NCBI GenBank assembly: GCA_021849125.1
Contig: JAJZTG010000005.1
Location: 1-55,573 of the forward strand
Source: a bacterium
GTDB lineage: Bacteria > Patescibacteriota > Minisyncoccia > Phycocordibacterales > Phycocordibacteraceae
Length of the DNA stretch: 55,573 nucleotides
Reading direction: 5' to 3'
Made by a program: the position numbers and the translations under genes. Positions 53,161 to 55,573 of this stretch are shown here, in pieces (position 1 is the first letter of the stretch; each line of letters begins with the position of its first letter). The notes below the pieces were generated by a model. That model was not told the DNA's origin and made no database searches. It saw nothing but the letters and a program-made list of their open reading frames with translations.

Positions 53161-55573
53161 TTATTTCGTTGACCAGTTAATAAGTATGCGGTTGAAGTCG
53201 AAGAGGTCCACGACACCGTCTCCGTTGAGATCAGCGGCGAGATTGAGCCCCTTCATCCCCCATTGCACCAAGAGCTTGTTGAAGTCGAGGATATCGACCT
53301 TCCCGTCTCCGTTGGCGTCGCCCTTGGCAACCACGTTAGAAATAAAGTTCGACAGGACGCCACCGATGCTGCCTCCGCCGCCTCCGCCGGTACTGCCTCC
53401 AGAGACAACCGGCGTCGATGCCGCGGTGACGGTAGATTGCGCGGTCGAAGACAGGCCGTACTTATCCGCGAGCAGGAGCGAGATCGTATAGTTCCCTGCT
53501 GCGGTATACGTATGAGTCAGACTATTCCCGATAACAGCCGTGTCGAGGGTCGAGGTCGTACCATCTCCGAAATTCCACGTGTAGTGCCATGAATCGACCG
53601 AGGAGACGCTGTTGGCATCAGTGCTCGTGTCGGTAATCGTCGCGACGAGGTCGTGCATTGCCGTGAGGAACGAAGCAATCGGGGCGTAGTTCACAAGCGA
53701 CGTGAGCGGCGTCGGTGTCGTGACCGTTACGGTCGTAGTGCCGTTCGGCAGTACTATCGACCCGCTGGTCATTACGCCATTCGTGACGATCGCATCAGTC
53801 AGTGTCGTGTTATTGAGGATCGAATTCGTGATCGATGTCGTCGTTCCGGTTATCTGGACATTCGAGAGGGTCGAGGATGCGACTGATCCGCCAGAAAGGG
53901 TCGAGGTCGCGATGGTCGAGTCAGTAATGAGCGTGTTCGTGATCGTGGACGCGGTCGAGGTGGCGTTCATGAGGGTCGAGGTCGCGATGGTCGAGTCGGT
54001 GATCACGGAGGATGTCGAGGTCGCGTTGGTGAGTATCGAGGTGTCGATGGTGGACGCGGTCGAGGTGGCGTTCATGAGGGTCGAGGTCGCGATGGTCGAG
54101 TCGGTGATCACGGAGGATGTCGAGGTCGCGTTGGTGAGTATCGAGGTGTCGATGGTGGACGCGGTCGAGGTGGCGTTCATGAGGGTCGAGGTCGCGATGG
54201 TCGAGTCGGTGATCACGGAGGATGTCGAGGTCGCGTTGGTGAGTATCGAGGTGTCGATGGTGGACGCCGATATGTTCGAGGTCGTGACCGTGGAAGTAGC
54301 GATGGATGAATTATCGACCGTCGAGTATGTCACGTCAGAGAAATTGATGGTTGAGCTCCCTGTTACCGTCGTGCCGGTGAGATTGTTCAGGCCGCCTACC
54401 GGATCGACCGAGGAATCGGTGACATTACAGCCGACTGCGTAGTAATTCTTTACGAACGAGTTCGTAATCGTACAGCTTGTAAGGACTGAATTTGTAATGG
54501 TTGAATTTACCGCATTCGTCTGGGAAAGCGTCGCATTCGAAAGCGTGACTGAATTGAGGAGCACGTCGGTCAAGCTCCACGGACCAGTGACCGTTGAGTT
54601 CGTGACCGTCGAGCTGCCTGTGATGCCGAGTATCGCCGTCTGGGTAAGGCTCGGGGCGTAGAAATCGTAAAGTATGCCGCCGACGGTGGAGTTCGTGATC
54701 AACACTTGCGAATCGGAGATGATGAACGGCCCGATGTGCGAAGTCGCAGTCGCATTACCCAGGTTATCGATGGCTTTTACGTGGAAGTAGTACGTCGTGC
54801 CGAACGTCAGTGCTTGAGTCGTCGTAGTGCCAGTCGCGTCTACCGTATTGTCTGGGATCGTCGTCGAGACTGAATCGAGGACGAAGGAGTAGCCCGCGAG
54901 CCCGGATCCGCTGTCTACAGAATCGGTCCAATTGAAAACGCCTGAAGTCACAGCTGACACTATTCCGGCAGTATGCGTCGAAGACGATGCGACGGGTGCT
55001 GTAAGCGGCGCGACGACGTTCACCGTGCGGGTCGAGGTCGCCGTGTTCCCTGATGGGTCGGAGGCTGTGTAGGTCAGAACGTACGTTCCAAGAGTTGCGG
55101 TATCTACCGAACCGGAAGTTGCAACCGAAACCGGTCCGACTTCAGCATCAAGTGCTGTTGCTCCAGCATCCGTATACGTCGTACCTTGTACCGTCGTCGC
55201 TGGATTGCTGCCGGTGACGGTTATGACCGGCGGGGTGACATCGAGAATGGTGAGCGTACCGGAAACGAAGTTGATCGTGTAACTGCTCGAGGCAGTGAGA
55301 GTGCCTTGGGTGATCGCGTAGGTGCCGACGTTCTCGCCAGAAACACGAGACAAAGCGCCAGTGAGAGTGTCAGCGCCCACGAGAGCCCCGCTGGTGATTT
55401 GATACGTGAGCGCAGGATCGGCAGCGCCGTACACCTTGCTCTGATTGTCAGCGGTTACCGTCAAAGAAACGGCGGTGACCGTGAGCGAATTCCCCACGAA
55501 GGTGGTGGTGTAATTCCCGCCGAAGTCGAGGGTACCCTGCGTGATCGCATAGGTGCCGACGTTCTCCCCTGCT
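53161..55573 (-). CDS. very large secreted repeat protein with C-terminal dockerin (5' end lies outside the window)
   Basis: The C-terminal duplicated motif GDANGDGKVDILDFNKLL...ADLNGDGVVDLFDFNRILINW is a type-I dockerin-like pair. Also has a PKD-like WNFGDGTTS, an Ig-like TVQGTTYTDAGATALD, MBG-like YGAADPALTY...GENVGTYAI repeats, and Thr/Ser/Asn-rich beta-helix-like repeats. The ORF is open to the window edge. Confidence 0.8.
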   Translation of the reverse strand, partial: AGENVGTYAITQGTLDFGGNYTTTFVGNSLTVTAVSLTVTADNQSKVYGAADPALTYQITSGALVGADTLTGALSRVSGENVGTYAITQGTLTASSSYTINFVSGTLTILDVTPPVITVTGSNPATTVQGTTYTDAGATALDAEVGPVSVATSGSVDTATLGTYVLTYTASDPSGNTATSTRTVNVVAPLTAPVASSSTHTAGIVSAVTSGVFNWTDSVDSGSGLAGYSFVLDSVSTTIPDNTVDATGTTTTQALTFGTTYYFHVKAIDNLGNATATSHIGPFIISDSQVLITNSTVGGILYDFYAPSLTQTAILGITGSSTVTNSTVTGPWSLTDVLLNSVTLSNATLSQTNAVNSTITNSVLTSCTITNSFVKNYYAVGCNVTDSSVDPVGGLNNLTGTTVTGSSTINFSDVTYSTVDNSSIATSTVTTSNISASTIDTSILTNATSTSSVITDSTIATSTLMNATSTASTIDTSILTNATSTSSVITDSTIATSTLMNATSTASTIDTSILTNATSTSSVITDSTIATSTLMNATSTASTITNTLITDSTIATSTLSGGSVASSTLSNVQITGTTTSITNSILNNTTLTDAIVTNGVMTSGSIVLPNGTTTVTVTTPTPLTSLVNYAPIASFLTAMHDLVATITDTSTDANSVSSVDSWHYTWNFGDGTTSTLDTAVIGNSLTHTYTAAGNYTISLLLADKYGLSSTAQSTVTAASTPVVSGGSTGGGGGGSIGGVLSNFISNVVAKGDANGDGKVDILDFNKLLVQWGMKGLNLAADLNGDGVVDLFDFNRILINWSTK
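53945..54259 (-). repeat. three perfect tandem copies of a 105-nt (35-aa) coding repeat
   Basis: Unit GTGGACGCGGTCGAGGTGGCGTTCATGAGG... recurs at 53945, 54050 and 54155. It encodes TSILTNATSTSSVITDSTIATSTLMNATSTASTID three times. Confidence 0.9.

Noticed and set aside
53945-54259. Regular tandem repeats considered as a possible CRISPR array
   Set aside because: The units are contiguous 105-nt direct repeats with no unique spacers, lie inside a long open reading frame, and encode a 35-aa protein repeat.

Overview
Gene-dense, GC-rich bacterial chromosome segment made up mostly of housekeeping genes. Translation: S1-like protein, pth, rpsU, valS, lepA, typA, smpB, an ABC-F ATPase and a pseudouridine synthase. 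Division and envelope: ftsA, ftsZ, an ftsB-like gene, murJ and an O-antigen-ligase/TPR protein. Proteostasis: lepB, ftsH, htpX, lemA, prsW and hsp20. Also tsaD, ybeY, recG, trxB, a ribonucleotide reductase and pyk. I can support 8 canonical tRNA genes, RNase P RNA and tmRNA. Many genes appear leaderless: a TGnTATAnT-type -10 box sits 6-8 nt before the ATG and there is no Shine-Dalgarno. The gene content (truncated or degenerate aaRS, cohesin/dockerin surface proteins, few metabolic genes) resembles a reduced-genome, CPR/Patescibacteria-like organism, but that is inference only. Three things stand out. (1) Most tRNA genes and the tmRNA gene are accompanied by small non-coding modules built from direct and inverted partial copies of that same RNA gene. 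These include acceptor/T-arm mimic modules downstream of both tRNA-Ser genes and of ssrA, 5'-half or leader duplications at tRNA-Glu, tRNA-Arg and tRNA-Ile, and a tRNA-Gly sitting inside a split tRNA-like gene. (2) An AT-rich, compositionally foreign island lies directly downstream of ssrA. It carries a tightly coupled three-gene operon (unknown, XRE-HTH, unknown), a polypyrimidine tract, mpg, a standalone GGDEF cyclase and another orphan gene. (3) A membrane-anchored cohesin-like protein is translationally adjacent to a giant dockerin-bearing repeat adhesin. All calls come from reading the sequence and ORF translations by eye. No database search or folding program was run.
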